A stretch of 64,000 bases of DNA from Cyanobacteria bacterium P01_A01_bin.123 (lineage in GTDB: Bacteria; Cyanobacteriota; Cyanobacteriia; Phormidesmidales; Phormidesmidaceae), in assembly GCA_039815185.1 (NCBI GenBank), contig JBCBZT010000038.1, positions 15,327 through 79,326 of the forward strand. The letters are read 5' to 3'. Numbering within the stretch: the first letter of the stretch is position 1; the number at the start of each line of letters is the position of its first letter. A program made the position numbers and the translations under genes. Under the pieces are notes generated by a model. The model worked only from the letters and a program-made list of their open reading frames with translations, searched no databases and was not told the DNA's origin. Of the stretch, positions 1-10,718 are shown piece after piece.

Positions 1-477
1 GTTGCGATCGCCCCCTTAATCATCATGTGGCTGAAAAACAACACGTTTATGGCCCTGGTGGTGTGCGCCTGGATCGTGGCCTTTTTCCCGATCGTGTCAA
101 ATACCACCCTGGGCCTTAAGAGTGCTGACCACAGTCTGCGCAATCTGTTTCAACTCTACGGTGCAAACCGTTGGCAAACCCTTTGGTATCTGCGCTTGCC
201 CAGCGCCTTGCCCTACTTTCTGGGGGGACTGCGGATCAGCGGCGGGTTAGCCTTGATTGGCGCTGTGGTGGCTGAGTTTGTGGCTGGCAGGGGCGGAGCA
301 CGCTCGGGGTTAGCCTATCAGATCTTAATGTCCGGCCTTAACCTACAAATTCCCCGCATGTTCGCGGCCCTGGCGCTGATTACTGGTTTGGGAGTGCTGA
401 TTTTTGTGGGGCTCACGCTATTGTCTGACGCTTTACTCCGCCATTGGCACGAGAGTGCTATAAAGCGAGAGAATTGA
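1..477 (+). CDS. ABC transporter permease (NitT/TauT family), 5'-partial
   Basis: Frame open from base 1 (VAIAPLIIMW...); hydrophobic helices; LRLPSALPYFLGGLRI..GAVVAEF motif. Confidence 0.85.
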   Translation, partial: VAIAPLIIMWLKNNTFMALVVCAWIVAFFPIVSNTTLGLKSADHSLRNLFQLYGANRWQTLWYLRLPSALPYFLGGLRISGGLALIGAVVAEFVAGRGGARSGLAYQILMSGLNLQIPRMFAALALITGLGVLIFVGLTLLSDALLRHWHESAIKREN

Positions 478-487
478 ACACTCGCCC

Positions 488-1828
488 ATGCCCCATCAAT
501 TTGTAGACATTCCCAACTGCGATCGCTTTTGGTTGCGTAACGCCCGCATTCCCCTCACCCTGCTCGATAGCCCAACGGGTTGGACACCGATTTCACGGTT
601 GAGCGCGGTACCGCTTCAAGAAAATCTAGTCGCGGTCAATATTGAGATTCAGGGTAGCCATATTTCCCAGCTTGTCCCTACCGGAACCGGCAGCATTGAA
701 GACAGCGTTGCGGTCGATTTGCAACAAGGCCTAGTGTGGCCTTGCTTTGTGGATATGCATACTCACCTTGACAAAGGTCAAACCTGGGAACGACGCCCCA
801 ACCCCGATGGCAAATTCACCTCTGCCCTGGAAGTCCTAGGCAGCGATCGACTCAAACGCTGGGAACCGGAAGACGTCTATCGTCGAATGGAGTTTGGGCT
901 TAAGTGTAGCTACGCCCACGGCACCCAAGCCATTCGCACCCATTTAGATCTGTTTGATGACCAGATTGAGACCAGTCTGGCGGTGTTTCGGCAGCTTAAG
1001 CAGGCTTGGCGCGATCGCCTTACCCTCGAAGCCGTCTGTCTAGTACCCATCGAGCAGTTCCTCACTCCCTATGGTGAAACCTTGGCTGACGCTATGGCGG
1101 AATTGGGCGGATTGCTGGGCGGCATCGTACTAATGGCAGATAATTTGGACACCCAACTCGATCGCGTGTTTACCCTCGCCGCCGAACGCAACCTCAATCT
1201 AGATTTTCACACCGACGAAAGCCTGGATCCCGCTGAGATCACCCTACGCTACGTGGCCCGAGCCAAAGCCCGCAATCAGTTCACTGGGCAAGTCACCTGC
1301 GACCACTGCTGCACCCTCGCCGTCCAGTCATCAGAGGTCGCCGCAGAGACTCTACGTTGGGTTAGCGATGCAGGCGTTTCCGTCGTCAGCTTACCGATGT
1401 GCAACCTGTATCTGCAAGATCGCGAACCGGGCCGCATGCCCCGCGTGCGTGGCGTCACCCTACTGCACGAACTCAAACAGCACGGCATTCCTGTGGTGCT
1501 GGCCAGCGACAACTGCCGCGACGCCTTCTTTGCCTACGGCGACCACGATGGGCTAGAGGTGTTTACCCAATCCGCCCGCATCGGCCACCTCGATCGCCCC
1601 TACGGTGACTGGCCCCAATCGCTGAACCGGATTCCTGCTGAAATTATGGGTTTGCCAGAAGCGGGGCGGATTGGGGTCGGGCTGCCTGCCGACCTGGTAC
1701 TTTTCAAAGGCCGCACCTTAAATGAATTGATGGCTAGATCCCAACGCGATCGCGTCGTCTTGCGCAACGGCAAAGCCATTGACACCACCCTGCCCGACTA
1801 CGCCGAGCTTGATGATTTACTTGTTTAA
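488..1828 (+). CDS. codA: Cytosine deaminase-like amidohydrolase
   Basis: Metal-binding motifs DMHTHLDK, FHTDE, HCC, ASDN; LPMCNLYLQ. Confidence 0.85.
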   Translation: MPHQFVDIPNCDRFWLRNARIPLTLLDSPTGWTPISRLSAVPLQENLVAVNIEIQGSHISQLVPTGTGSIEDSVAVDLQQGLVWPCFVDMHTHLDKGQTWERRPNPDGKFTSALEVLGSDRLKRWEPEDVYRRMEFGLKCSYAHGTQAIRTHLDLFDDQIETSLAVFRQLKQAWRDRLTLEAVCLVPIEQFLTPYGETLADAMAELGGLLGGIVLMADNLDTQLDRVFTLAAERNLNLDFHTDESLDPAEITLRYVARAKARNQFTGQVTCDHCCTLAVQSSEVAAETLRWVSDAGVSVVSLPMCNLYLQDREPGRMPRVRGVTLLHELKQHGIPVVLASDNCRDAFFAYGDHDGLEVFTQSARIGHLDRPYGDWPQSLNRIPAEIMGLPEAGRIGVGLPADLVLFKGRTLNELMARSQRDRVVLRNGKAIDTTLPDYAELDDLLV

Positions 1829-1857
1829 GTTGACGATAGCTACCTGATATAAACTGT

Positions 1858-2118
1858 ATGGATACTTTGGCGATTCGAGCGGATGCGAGAGTTAAGAAAG
1901 TCTATTTCACACAGGATACAATCAGCGTTGATTTATTAGACGGGCGAACCATTACTGTGCCGTTGGTTTGGTATCCAAGGCTATTTAACGCAACACCTGA
2001 CCAACGAGCAAACTGGCAAGTCTGTGGTGGTGGCTATGGCATCCACTGGGAGGATGTGGATGAGGATCTCAGCACCGCAGGCATGCTGAGGGGAGCACCT
2101 GCACCTGATGCAAAATAA
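1858..2118 (+). CDS. DUF2442 family protein
   Basis: LxDGRTITVPLxWYPRL...GYGIHWEDVDEDLS signature. Confidence 0.85.
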   Translation: MDTLAIRADARVKKVYFTQDTISVDLLDGRTITVPLVWYPRLFNATPDQRANWQVCGGGYGIHWEDVDEDLSTAGMLRGAPAPDAK

Positions 2119-2153
2119 GTTGGGTCCATGAAATCTAAATCCCAAAAAATCTT

Positions 2154-2744
2154 ATGGTTAGTTCTCAACCCATTTCTCCATCCCTAACCATTCAGTCTTT
2201 AGATGACTGGATAAAAAACCCGCTACCCGGCACAGAATGGGTCGATGGCAAGTTAGTCCAAAAACACCCCGATGTATTGATTGAGGGAGAATCGACTTCA
2301 GACAATGGCATGACCTTAAAACACAGCCGGGTGCAGTCAAAGCTTGCTTATTACTGGAGAATGCATGTAGAAACGCTGGCTCAAGACAAAGGAGAAGTCT
2401 ACACCGAAGCGCCCTGTCGCACCCAAGAACAGGGGCGATCGCCCGATGTCGCTTACCTCACCCCAGACCTAGTCGCCCAATATGGTGACGCAGACGTTTT
2501 ACCTCAAAGCTTTCCCCTGATTGCCGAAATTGTCTCCCCTACCGATTTCGCAGAAAGCATCATCGCTAAAGCCTATGAGTACCTCGCCTCCGGCGCTGAA
2601 GAAGTTTGGTTAGTCTTACCCAACAACAATTGGGTGATTGTCGTCACCCACCCACAACAGCAAATTTTCACCCTAGAAGACATCGTGCAAACCCAAACCG
2701 TCCTCCCCGGTTTCAACATCGCAGTCAGAGATCTCTTAAGCTGA
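2154..2744 (+). CDS. Uma2 family endonuclease-fold protein
   Basis: RSPDVAY, LIAEIVSP, YLASGAEEVWLV, VLPGF. Confidence 0.85.
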   Translation: MVSSQPISPSLTIQSLDDWIKNPLPGTEWVDGKLVQKHPDVLIEGESTSDNGMTLKHSRVQSKLAYYWRMHVETLAQDKGEVYTEAPCRTQEQGRSPDVAYLTPDLVAQYGDADVLPQSFPLIAEIVSPTDFAESIIAKAYEYLASGAEEVWLVLPNNNWVIVVTHPQQQIFTLEDIVQTQTVLPGFNIAVRDLLS

Positions 2745-2845
2745 GATGAATTGAAGCAGCGTAAGGGCTCAGGGGTAAGTTAAAGCCCAAAAAATGCCTC
2801 CCCCACTCTCCCTACCTCCCCGCTCTCCCACTCCTCTACTCCCTC

Positions 2846-3613
2846 ATGACCACCCCCCTCCATACCCTCGGCACCCCACCCACCGCCTGGCAAGTCAACG
2901 CCGACATTGCCGACATCACCCGTCCTGCCCTACCTCAACAGATCATCACCTTTCAAACCCAAACTAAAAAACTCCACGTCGATCTCAACAAAACTGCCTG
3001 CATCGTCGTGGATATGCAAAACGATTTTTGCCACCCTGACGGCTGGCTGGCTTCTATTGGCGTCGATGTCACCCCGGCCAGGTCGCCCATCGAACCGCTC
3101 CAGGGGTTGTTGCCCAGGCTGCGATCGCAGCAAGTTCCCATCCTTTGGGTCAACTGGGGCAACCGCCCAGACCTGATGAACATCAGCGCCGGACTCCGCC
3201 ACGTCTATAACCCCACTGGAGAAGGCGTCGGCCTCACCGACCCCCTGCCCAAAAACGGAGCCCCCGTGCTTACAAAAGACAGCTGGGCCGCTGCCGTTGT
3301 GGATGAACTGGAGCAGCTTCCTGAAGATATCAAAGTCGATAAGTACCGCATGAGCGGTTTTTGGGACACTCCCCTCGATAGCATCTTAAAAAACCTGGGT
3401 CGCACCACCCTACTGTTCGCAGGTGTCAACGCCGATCAATGCGTCCTTTGCACCCTGCAAGACGCCAACTTCCTCGGTTACGACTGCATCCTCCTGAAAG
3501 ACTGCACCGCCACCACCTCCCCCGACTACTGCATGCAAGCCACGATCTACAACACCAATCAGATTTTTGGCTTTGTGGTTGATTCGGTTGGTGTCTTAGC
3601 GGCCATTGATTGA
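2846..3613 (+). CDS. Cysteine hydrolase (isochorismatase family)
   Basis: VVDMQNDF, DKYRMSGF, GVNADQCV (D-K-C triad). Confidence 0.85.
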   Translation: MTTPLHTLGTPPTAWQVNADIADITRPALPQQIITFQTQTKKLHVDLNKTACIVVDMQNDFCHPDGWLASIGVDVTPARSPIEPLQGLLPRLRSQQVPILWVNWGNRPDLMNISAGLRHVYNPTGEGVGLTDPLPKNGAPVLTKDSWAAAVVDELEQLPEDIKVDKYRMSGFWDTPLDSILKNLGRTTLLFAGVNADQCVLCTLQDANFLGYDCILLKDCTATTSPDYCMQATIYNTNQIFGFVVDSVGVLAAID

Positions 3614-3650
3614 TGAATGATAAAGGATGATGTGTAAGGCGTTAAAGAAT

Positions 3651-3730
3651 CTCCCTGCCTCCCCCGCTCCCCCTGCCTCCCCCGCTCCCCTTGCCTCCCC
3701 CGCTCCCCCTGCCTCCCCCGCTCCCCTTGT
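3651..3730. repeat. C-rich 18-bp tandem repeat, about 4 copies (CTCCCCCTGCCTCCCCCG)
   Basis: Directly visible; typical cyanobacterial short tandem repeat. Confidence 0.9.
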
Positions 3731-3759
3731 CCCCTTATCTGCCCCATCACGCCATATCT

Positions 3760-5100
3760 ATGCCCCTTAATCTCGACACCTTCATCACCACCCTCGACCC
3801 TATCGAAACCATCCGCGATCCCAACCAGATCGACAAGCTCTCTAAGGACTACTACTACTTTAGTCCGGTATTAAAGGCAAAGCTGGATGACAAAATCGCC
3901 GACATCGTAGTGCGCCCAAAAACTGAGGCGGAAGTATTGCAGGTGGCTAAGGCTTGCGTAGCCCAGCGGATCCCGTTGACGGTGCGGGGGGCGGGTACGG
4001 GCAATTATGGCCAGTGCATTCCTTTAGAAGGGGGGGTGATTTTAGACCTGACGAAACTCAACGCGGTGAAGTGGGTAAAGCCAGGGATTGCCTGTGTGGA
4101 AGCGGGGGCAAAGCTTTCAGCCATTGACAAAGTCACCCGTGAATCGGGGTGGGAAATTCGCATGTATCCCTCCACCTACCGCACAGCAACCATTGGCGGT
4201 TTTGTCGGTGGGGGCAGCGGTGGCATTGGCTCGATTACCTATGGACAACTGCGCGATCGCGGCAGTTTGCTCGCCGCTCGGGTGGTCACCTTAGAAGATG
4301 AACCCAAAATTATCGAGTTGCGGGGGGATGCCGTGTTTCCCGTCACCCACGCCTACGGCACCAACGGCATCATTACCGAGCTAGAAATTCCCCTCGGCCC
4401 CGCCTATCCCTGGAGCGACGTAATTGTCTGCTTTGATGACTTTATGGCAGCAGCCAAGTTTGGCAAAGTACTGGGAGACTCAGATGGCATTATCAAAAAG
4501 CTAATCAGCGTCCACGCGTGGCCGATTCCGGGTTATTTTGCCGCCCTCAAACCTTATTTGCCTGAGGGTAAAGCTGCTGCCCTCCTGATGATTGCCGAAC
4601 CTTGTTTAGAACCCTTTGGTGAACTGGTAAAAGAATTTGGCGGCACGATTACCTATGAAAAAGCTGCCAAAGATGCTGCCAAGGGGACGCTGCTAGCAGA
4701 ATTCACCTGGAACCACACCACACTCCACGCCCGCAGTGTGGATCCGACCCTCACCTATTTGCAAACGATGTTTCCGGGTGATCCAGATCTGAAGCTGGTG
4801 GAGCATATGTGCAATCACTTTGGCGATGAGGTGATGATGCATTTGGAATATCTGCGCATGGACGGCACGGCAATCCCGGCGGGGTTGCAGGTGGTGCGCT
4901 ACACGACTGAAGAACGGCTGAATGAAATCATCCGCTATCACGAGGAAAATGGGGCGTTTATTGCCAATCCACACACATACATCTTGGAAGATGGCGGTCG
5001 GAAGACAATTGACTTTGAGCAGGTAGATTTTAAGGCGAAGACGGATCCCTATGGGTTGTTGAATCCAGGGAAGATGCGGGGTTGGCTAGAGCGGGAGTAA
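3760..5100 (+). CDS. FAD-binding oxidoreductase (FAD_binding_4, GlcD-like)
   Basis: [23 protein letters not shown]-terminal [10 protein letters not shown]; start moved to ATG 3760, past the repeat. Confidence 0.85.
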   Translation: MPLNLDTFITTLDPIETIRDPNQIDKLSKDYYYFSPVLKAKLDDKIADIVVRPKTEAEVLQVAKACVAQRIPLTVRGAGTGNYGQCIPLEGGVILDLTKLNAVKWVKPGIACVEAGAKLSAIDKVTRESGWEIRMYPSTYRTATIGGFVGGGSGGIGSITYGQLRDRGSLLAARVVTLEDEPKIIELRGDAVFPVTHAYGTNGIITELEIPLGPAYPWSDVIVCFDDFMAAAKFGKVLGDSDGIIKKLISVHAWPIPGYFAALKPYLPEGKAAALLMIAEPCLEPFGELVKEFGGTITYEKAAKDAAKGTLLAEFTWNHTTLHARSVDPTLTYLQTMFPGDPDLKLVEHMCNHFGDEVMMHLEYLRMDGTAIPAGLQVVRYTTEERLNEIIRYHEENGAFIANPHTYILEDGGRKTIDFEQVDFKAKTDPYGLLNPGKMRGWLERE

Positions 5101-5188
5101 CCGGATGATGCGTTAATTCTGTTTCCTATGTCTGATGCATTACGCTATGACTAATATGCATCATGGGCCAGTAGCTGGGAGGAGAACC

Positions 5189-5845
5189 ATGGTTGCCACC
5201 GCACCTGAACCCAAATTTGACATTCGCGCTGTTGGTGAGCAACGGGCTGTCTTGCAGGGGCTCTCTTGGGATGCCTATTTGCAAATTTTGAATGTGCTAC
5301 CCCAATCACGGGGGGCAAAGTTAACTTATGACAATGGAGTCTTAGAAATCACCGTGCCGCTGGAAGACCACGAATTCTATGGTCGGTTGATCGAACGGTT
5401 TATTTTGACGTTGGTTGAGATGATGGGGCTGCGGATTAAAACGATGGGTTCCACGACGATGAATTACCCCCAGTTGAATAAGGGGGCTGAACCTGATAAT
5501 GCATACTACATTCACAATCAGCCCTTGGTGAAAGGCCGTAATGTCAATTTCAGCCAAGATCCGCCCCCGGATCTCGTGGTTGAAGTTGATATTACCCATA
5601 CAGATATTGCCAAAAATCAGTTTTATGCGAGCTTGGGTGTGCCTGAGTTTTGGCGGTTTGATGGTAAGGTTTGGCGAATTTATGCGCTGCAAGAGGGGGC
5701 ATATGTTGAGTGTGACCAGAGCCCAACGTTTCCTGCTGTGCCGAAGGCGTGGATGTATTCGTTTTTAGAGTTGGCGAAGGTAGATGAAATTGAGGCAGTG
5801 CAGTCTTTGCGAAGTTGGTGGCGTGGGAATAAGGCATCTTTATAA
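5189..5845 (+). CDS. Uma2 family endonuclease-fold protein
   Basis: GAEPD, PPDLVVEVD, LGVPEFWRFDG; RBS GGAGGAG before ATG 5189. Confidence 0.88.
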   Translation: MVATAPEPKFDIRAVGEQRAVLQGLSWDAYLQILNVLPQSRGAKLTYDNGVLEITVPLEDHEFYGRLIERFILTLVEMMGLRIKTMGSTTMNYPQLNKGAEPDNAYYIHNQPLVKGRNVNFSQDPPPDLVVEVDITHTDIAKNQFYASLGVPEFWRFDGKVWRIYALQEGAYVECDQSPTFPAVPKAWMYSFLELAKVDEIEAVQSLRSWWRGNKASL

Positions 5846-5921
5846 TGAGACCTGTTGTATCTAGCAAAAGCAGCGCGATCGCCCTGAAATGATATTGCAT
5901 GAATCCGATACGGTTATTGAT

Positions 5922-5945
5922 GTTTGCGATGCAACGCACCCTACA
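5922..5945 (-). repeat. REP-like GTAG element (left copy)
   Basis: GTTTGCGATGCAACGCACCCTACA is the exact reverse complement of 8235-8258. Confidence 0.8.
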
Positions 5946-6027
5946 GCGATGGGCGATGGCACTATCAAATCTATAGGGAGTCACTTCGAGTTTAATATTA
6001 ATTGCTGGCAAAGGAGTTTTTGTTAGT

Positions 6028-8208
6028 ATGAAATGTCTGCATGTAAATCTTACACATTGTTATGGAATCAAATCACTCAGTGCAAAGTTTGATTTTGATA
6101 CCAAAGGAAATGTTTTTTCAGTCTATGCCCCAAACGGAGTTATGAAAACTTCTTTTGCCAATACATTTCGTGATTTATGTTCAAGCCAAGACACTTCTGA
6201 CCGAATCTGGCCAAGCAATAATACAGAGCGGAATATTGCCGATGAAGATGGTGAACCACTCACCCCAGAATGTATTTTTGTAATAGAACCCTACAATGAA
6301 AAATTCAGATCTGATCGGATTTCAAGACTTCTAGTAAATGATAGTTTGAGAGAAAGATACGAAGAGATATATCTAGAGATAGAGAAAAAAACAGAAGTAC
6401 TTGTTAAAGGCCTCAAACCTTTGTCAGGTCTAAAAAAAGAAATTTGTGAAGAGTTATCAAATGCGATTACACATGATCGTAGTGAATTTCTAAGGGCAAT
6501 AGCACGAGTAAAGTATGAGGTAGAGAATGAAGAAGATACTCCTCTGGGAGATGTAACGTTTAGTACGATTTTCAATCCAAAAGTTGAGCCTGTACTGTCA
6601 GATCAAAGTTTTAGAGAAAAAATAAGAGAATACGTAGAAAAATATGACGAGTTAGTTAGTAAATCTACCTTTTTCAAGAAAGGTGTTTTCACTCATAATA
6701 ATGCAGTGGATATTGCCAAGAATCTGAATTCAAATGGATTCTTCAACGCTAATCACTCTGTATATATCCGTATGGATGGCAAAAAGACTGAGATACGTTC
6801 GTTGGAAGAGTTAGAAAAAGCTATTCAAGTTGAGAAGGACAAAATTCTTACAGATGAAGATTTAAGAACTGCTTTTGAGAATATTGACAAGCGGCTAACA
6901 AAGAATGCAGACCTAAAGAAGTTTCGCCTATGCCTAGAGAAGCACCAAGTTATCTTGGCTGAGTTAAACAATCCAGATAGTCTCAAACAAAAGCTATGGA
7001 TATCGTATTTAATACGTTTGAAGGATGACTATTTGGCTCTTATGCAATGCATTGATTCTGGCAAAGAGGAGCTAAATAGAATTGTCGAAGAGGCTGCGAG
7101 TCAAAGAACACAATGGGCAGAGGTAATCAGTATATTTAACGATCGATTTTCAGTCCCATTTGTGGTTCGCATGGATAATCAAGAGGATGTGATATTGAAG
7201 AGCGATGCTCCAAGTATATGTTTTGATTTTCTGCAGGATCTCAATGATGATGACTCTGATTCGGTGTCTATTGAGGAAGATATACTCAAGTCAGTGTTGA
7301 GCAATGGCGAAAGAAGAGCTCTTTACATTCTCAATATTATATTTGAGGTAGAAGCAAGAAAAGCTTCAGGTCAAGAAACTCTATTCATCGTGGATGATAT
7401 TGCAGATTCGTTTGATTATAAAAATAAATATGCAATTATTGAATATTTAAAGGCAGTTAGTGAGGAGCCTTTCTTTAAACAAATAATCTTGAGTCATAAT
7501 TTTGACTTCTATCGTACAGTTTCAAGTAGACTGAATTTAAAGCGCCAAAGTAGGATGCTTGCAAGTAAAATAAGTGGAAAAATTGTTTTGCAGGAAGAGG
7601 TATATCAAAGATCGGCACCGTTTTCTCACTGGAGGAGAAATCTAGGTGAAAATGCAATGTTAATTGCATCCATTCCTTTCCTTCGTAATCTTGCAGAGTT
7701 TTCTGGCGATGATTCCTCATATACCAGGCTGACATCACTTCTGCATATCAAATCTGACACAGATAATTTTACTATTGGAGATTTGGAATCTCTAATTAAA
7801 CATATATTGTATGATCAAGATTCTTTGGATTTGTCGAGCAAGGAAGACCTGGTTATAAATGTAATCTATCAAGTCTCAGATAATTTACTGAATGATGATA
7901 CTGAAACGCTTTCACTTGAAGATAAGATAGTCCTATCAATTGCGATTAGGCTCAAGATTGAGTCTTTTATGATTCGAGAGATAAATGATACTTCCTTCTG
8001 GGAAGGAATCACTAGCAACCAAACAGTCAAATTAATAAATCGTTATAAAACTGATTTTCCAGATGAGAGAGATAATATCCGACTACTCGAAAGAGTGAAT
8101 CTAATGACTCCAGAGAATATACACCTGAATTCATTTATGTATGAGCCAATATTGGATCTTTCAGCGCACCATTTGAAGAAATTATATTGTAGGGTATGCA
8201 CCTGTTGA
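6028..8208 (+). CDS. Low-GC ABC/SMC-type ATPase with long coiled coil (RloC/AAA_13-like)
   Basis: Degenerate Walker A YAPNGVMKTS, signature LSNGERRA, Walker B/D-loop FIVDDIADSFD, H-loop ILSHN. Confidence 0.75.
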   Translation: MKCLHVNLTHCYGIKSLSAKFDFDTKGNVFSVYAPNGVMKTSFANTFRDLCSSQDTSDRIWPSNNTERNIADEDGEPLTPECIFVIEPYNEKFRSDRISRLLVNDSLRERYEEIYLEIEKKTEVLVKGLKPLSGLKKEICEELSNAITHDRSEFLRAIARVKYEVENEEDTPLGDVTFSTIFNPKVEPVLSDQSFREKIREYVEKYDELVSKSTFFKKGVFTHNNAVDIAKNLNSNGFFNANHSVYIRMDGKKTEIRSLEELEKAIQVEKDKILTDEDLRTAFENIDKRLTKNADLKKFRLCLEKHQVILAELNNPDSLKQKLWISYLIRLKDDYLALMQCIDSGKEELNRIVEEAASQRTQWAEVISIFNDRFSVPFVVRMDNQEDVILKSDAPSICFDFLQDLNDDDSDSVSIEEDILKSVLSNGERRALYILNIIFEVEARKASGQETLFIVDDIADSFDYKNKYAIIEYLKAVSEEPFFKQIILSHNFDFYRTVSSRLNLKRQSRMLASKISGKIVLQEEVYQRSAPFSHWRRNLGENAMLIASIPFLRNLAEFSGDDSSYTRLTSLLHIKSDTDNFTIGDLESLIKHILYDQDSLDLSSKEDLVINVIYQVSDNLLNDDTETLSLEDKIVLSIAIRLKIESFMIREINDTSFWEGITSNQTVKLINRYKTDFPDERDNIRLLERVNLMTPENIHLNSFMYEPILDLSAHHLKKLYCRVCTC

Positions 8209-8234
8209 TGTTAATCAGCAATCGCAGTCGATCT

Positions 8235-8263
8235 TGTAGGGTGCGTTGCATCGCAAACGCACC
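8235..8263 (+). repeat. REP-like GTAG element (right copy)
   Basis: GTAG followed by hairpin GGTGCGTT-GCATCGCA-AACGCACC. Confidence 0.8.
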
Positions 8264-8555
8264 GATATAGAGGTAACGAGCCCACACCTCAATGAACATC
8301 ATGACAGCGGTTTATCAATACGATTACGCTTTATAAAAAGCTATTTTTCCAATCATTATGGCGGCCAATTAACCCTCAATTCTGCCTTATCTATATCTCG
8401 TCAAAAGCTTAAGGAGCGTAGTGTGTGGCAATAAAGTGCTCAGTTGATGTCGTTGGCCAGTGCGATCGCTCAGAAATCCCGTAAAAAACAATGGGTAATT
8501 GTCCTATCCTACTGCGACTAGATAGGATAGAGATATCTTCAATACTGAGGATCCT

Positions 8556-9233
8556 ATGGTTCAAACACCCGCCGTATCCCAGGCTTTGTACCCTGACTCA
8601 GACGGTAACCCCATAGCCGACAATACAATCCAATATCGCTGGATTGTTCGTCTAGTCACCAACCTGAAGCAACTCTTGAAGGGGCAAACTGCTTTTGTGG
8701 CAGGTGATTTACTCTGGTACCCGATTGAAGTCGAAACGCCACCAGCACCGTCTCAAGCGCCAGATGCCATGGTGGTTTTGGGTCGTCCAGACGGCGACCG
8801 TGGCAGCTATAAGCAGTGGGAAGAAGAAAACATTGCACCACAAGTGGTCTTCGAAATTCTATCGCCCAGCAATAGCGCCAGGGAAATGATGGCCAAGCAA
8901 ATTTTCTACGGAAAATATGGTGTTCTGGAGATGTTCTTTTACGATCCAGACTCTTATGATTTTTGGGGACTCGTGCGGGAAACAGCAGAAGAGGATTTCA
9001 TCCCGATCATGCCGATAAACCTACCGTGGGTTTCTCAAGCGTTAGGGATTCGCTTTGAATTATCAAGCGATGGCTTACACGTTTTCTATCCCAATGGAGA
9101 AGAATTCAAAGATCCGGGGACGTTTATTGAGGAGCGTGATCAGGCGAATCAAGAACGTGATCAGGCCCAAGCAGAGCGCGATCGCGCTGTTGCCAAGCTG
9201 CGTGAATTAGGAATTGATCCCAATCAAATTTGA
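8556..9233 (+). CDS. Uma2 family protein with C-terminal coiled-coil repeats
   Basis: YPDSDG, APDAMVV, VVFEILSP, ERDQA repeats, KLRELGIDP. Confidence 0.88.
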   Translation: MVQTPAVSQALYPDSDGNPIADNTIQYRWIVRLVTNLKQLLKGQTAFVAGDLLWYPIEVETPPAPSQAPDAMVVLGRPDGDRGSYKQWEEENIAPQVVFEILSPSNSAREMMAKQIFYGKYGVLEMFFYDPDSYDFWGLVRETAEEDFIPIMPINLPWVSQALGIRFELSSDGLHVFYPNGEEFKDPGTFIEERDQANQERDQAQAERDRAVAKLRELGIDPNQI

Positions 9234-9291
9234 CGGAATGATATTAGCAGGCGCTTATTGCAAGCTGACGTTAGCATAGGACTCTCGCATC

Positions 9292-9864
9292 ATGAATACA
9301 CCCGCTCATGTCGTACTCAACCTGCTGTGTGTTGGGCGCCATGATATGACATCGGTCATTACCCCTGTGGTCGTCGGTGCGATTTTGCCCGATGCGCCGA
9401 TGTTTGTGATGTACTTCATCGCCAAAGTGATTTGGCGGCAACCCGAAAGCGTGATTTGGATGAAAACCTATAACCAAGCTGGCTGGCAGAATTTTATTGA
9501 CCTGTTTAATTCTGTTCCGCTGATGTTGGTTGGTCTAGGGCTGTGTTGGTGGACTGATTCCAAACTGGGGATGTTGTTGTTTATCAGCATGCTGATGCAC
9601 ATCGCAGGGGATTTGCCCCTGCACCACGATGACGCTCACCGCCATTTTTTCCCATTGTCTAACTGGCGATTTTATAGCCCCGTCTCCTATTGGGATCCCA
9701 GGTATCATGGCAGATTCGTAACCATGCTTGAGGGATTGGGGGTCGTCTTAAGCTGCGGAGTGTTATTTCAGACCTATGACTCGGCAGTTGGGAAAGTTGC
9801 GATTGGGCTGGTTGGGCTAAGCTATGTCGCGTATTTCGCATATGCCTATATTGTTTGGGGTTAA
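9292..9864 (+). CDS. Membrane-bound metal-dependent hydrolase-like protein
   Basis: MNTPAH, GAILPD, HIAGDLPLHHDDAHRHFFP; TM helices. Confidence 0.65.
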   Translation: MNTPAHVVLNLLCVGRHDMTSVITPVVVGAILPDAPMFVMYFIAKVIWRQPESVIWMKTYNQAGWQNFIDLFNSVPLMLVGLGLCWWTDSKLGMLLFISMLMHIAGDLPLHHDDAHRHFFPLSNWRFYSPVSYWDPRYHGRFVTMLEGLGVVLSCGVLFQTYDSAVGKVAIGLVGLSYVAYFAYAYIVWG

Positions 9865-9896
9865 GCGCTGCTGCCCAGGCCTGGGCAGCAGCGCTT
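9863..9896. terminator. Perfect 34-bp palindrome, probable bidirectional terminator
   Basis: AAGCGCTGCTGCCCAGG-CCTGGGCAGCAGCGCTT between convergent genes. Confidence 0.6.
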
Positions 9897-9937
9897 GCTT
9901 TGCAATCCTGTAGTGTGCAAAGACCCAGATACAGTTC

Positions 9938-10432
9938 CTAGAACAGGCTAAAGTTATAGCCTATGCCCAGGATGAGACCGACGTCGGTCTCATTGTCGCC
10001 AAACCCTACATTGACCCGAGTCGTCGCCGTAAAGGTTCTACCAATGGGCACATCTACCCCTGCACTGATGAGTGGATCCACCTCGCCATGGATCGAAACA
10101 CCCCCCCCAATGAATGGAATTGCCGTAATTCTTCCATTAGCATTGGTTAGCGGTACTTCTCCAGTCAGTGCGATCGCAGAGGTTGTCTCATCACCAAAGA
10201 TAGTTGAGGAGCGTACAGATAGATAATCAATAATCCTGGTTCGATTGACAATGGCAAAGCCGCCTTCTCCTATGGCAGAGTCATCACCGCTGAGTCCAAT
10301 GTTTCCACCAATGCCAATATAGCTACGGGGTGGTTTAGGCTCATCCTCTTCGGTTTGCTGCGCTAGGGCAGGCATCCCTAGCAAGAGACTCGCAACGACC
10401 CAGAATAAGGCAACCTGTTGTATCTGTACCAT
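9938..10432 (-). CDS. Small outer-membrane beta-barrel protein
   Basis: Signal peptide ending ALA; SYIGIGGNIGL; C-terminal GIGYNF. Confidence 0.7.
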   Translation of the reverse strand: MVQIQQVALFWVVASLLLGMPALAQQTEEDEPKPPRSYIGIGGNIGLSGDDSAIGEGGFAIVNRTRIIDYLSVRSSTIFGDETTSAIALTGEVPLTNANGRITAIPFIGGGVSIHGEVDPLISAGVDVPIGRTFTATTRVNVGFGDNETDVGLILGIGYNFSLF

Positions 10433-10718
10433 GCAGTTTTTTCCTAGAAAGGGTGGGTAATAGGGTAAGTTTTTTTTGCTTGCGTATCTAGGCAATTAAT
10501 GAGTACCTACTTACTTTTATGATGGGTATTAGATACTGTCAAGCTTTTCAGGGCTTAATTCTGGGAGAAGGATTCCCTTTAAGCACTTGGGTTGATCAAT
10601 ATGGAAGAAGTGGCTTGTGCAGGTCAAACATCATGGTGGCGATCGCGACACTTATATGACCTGGATGTCAGTGTATCCGAAGACTAGTCCCTCCGCAGGC
10701 TAAGCTAGGGTTAAGGGG

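Noticed and set aside
1858..2118. Complete DUF4160/DUF2442 toxin-antitoxin pair
   Set aside because: Only 29 nt separate it from codA; no partner gene is present.
3559..3750. RGRQGE-repeat ORF and Pro-rich N-terminal extension of the FAD oxidoreductase
   Set aside because: Translation products of the 18-bp tandem repeat.
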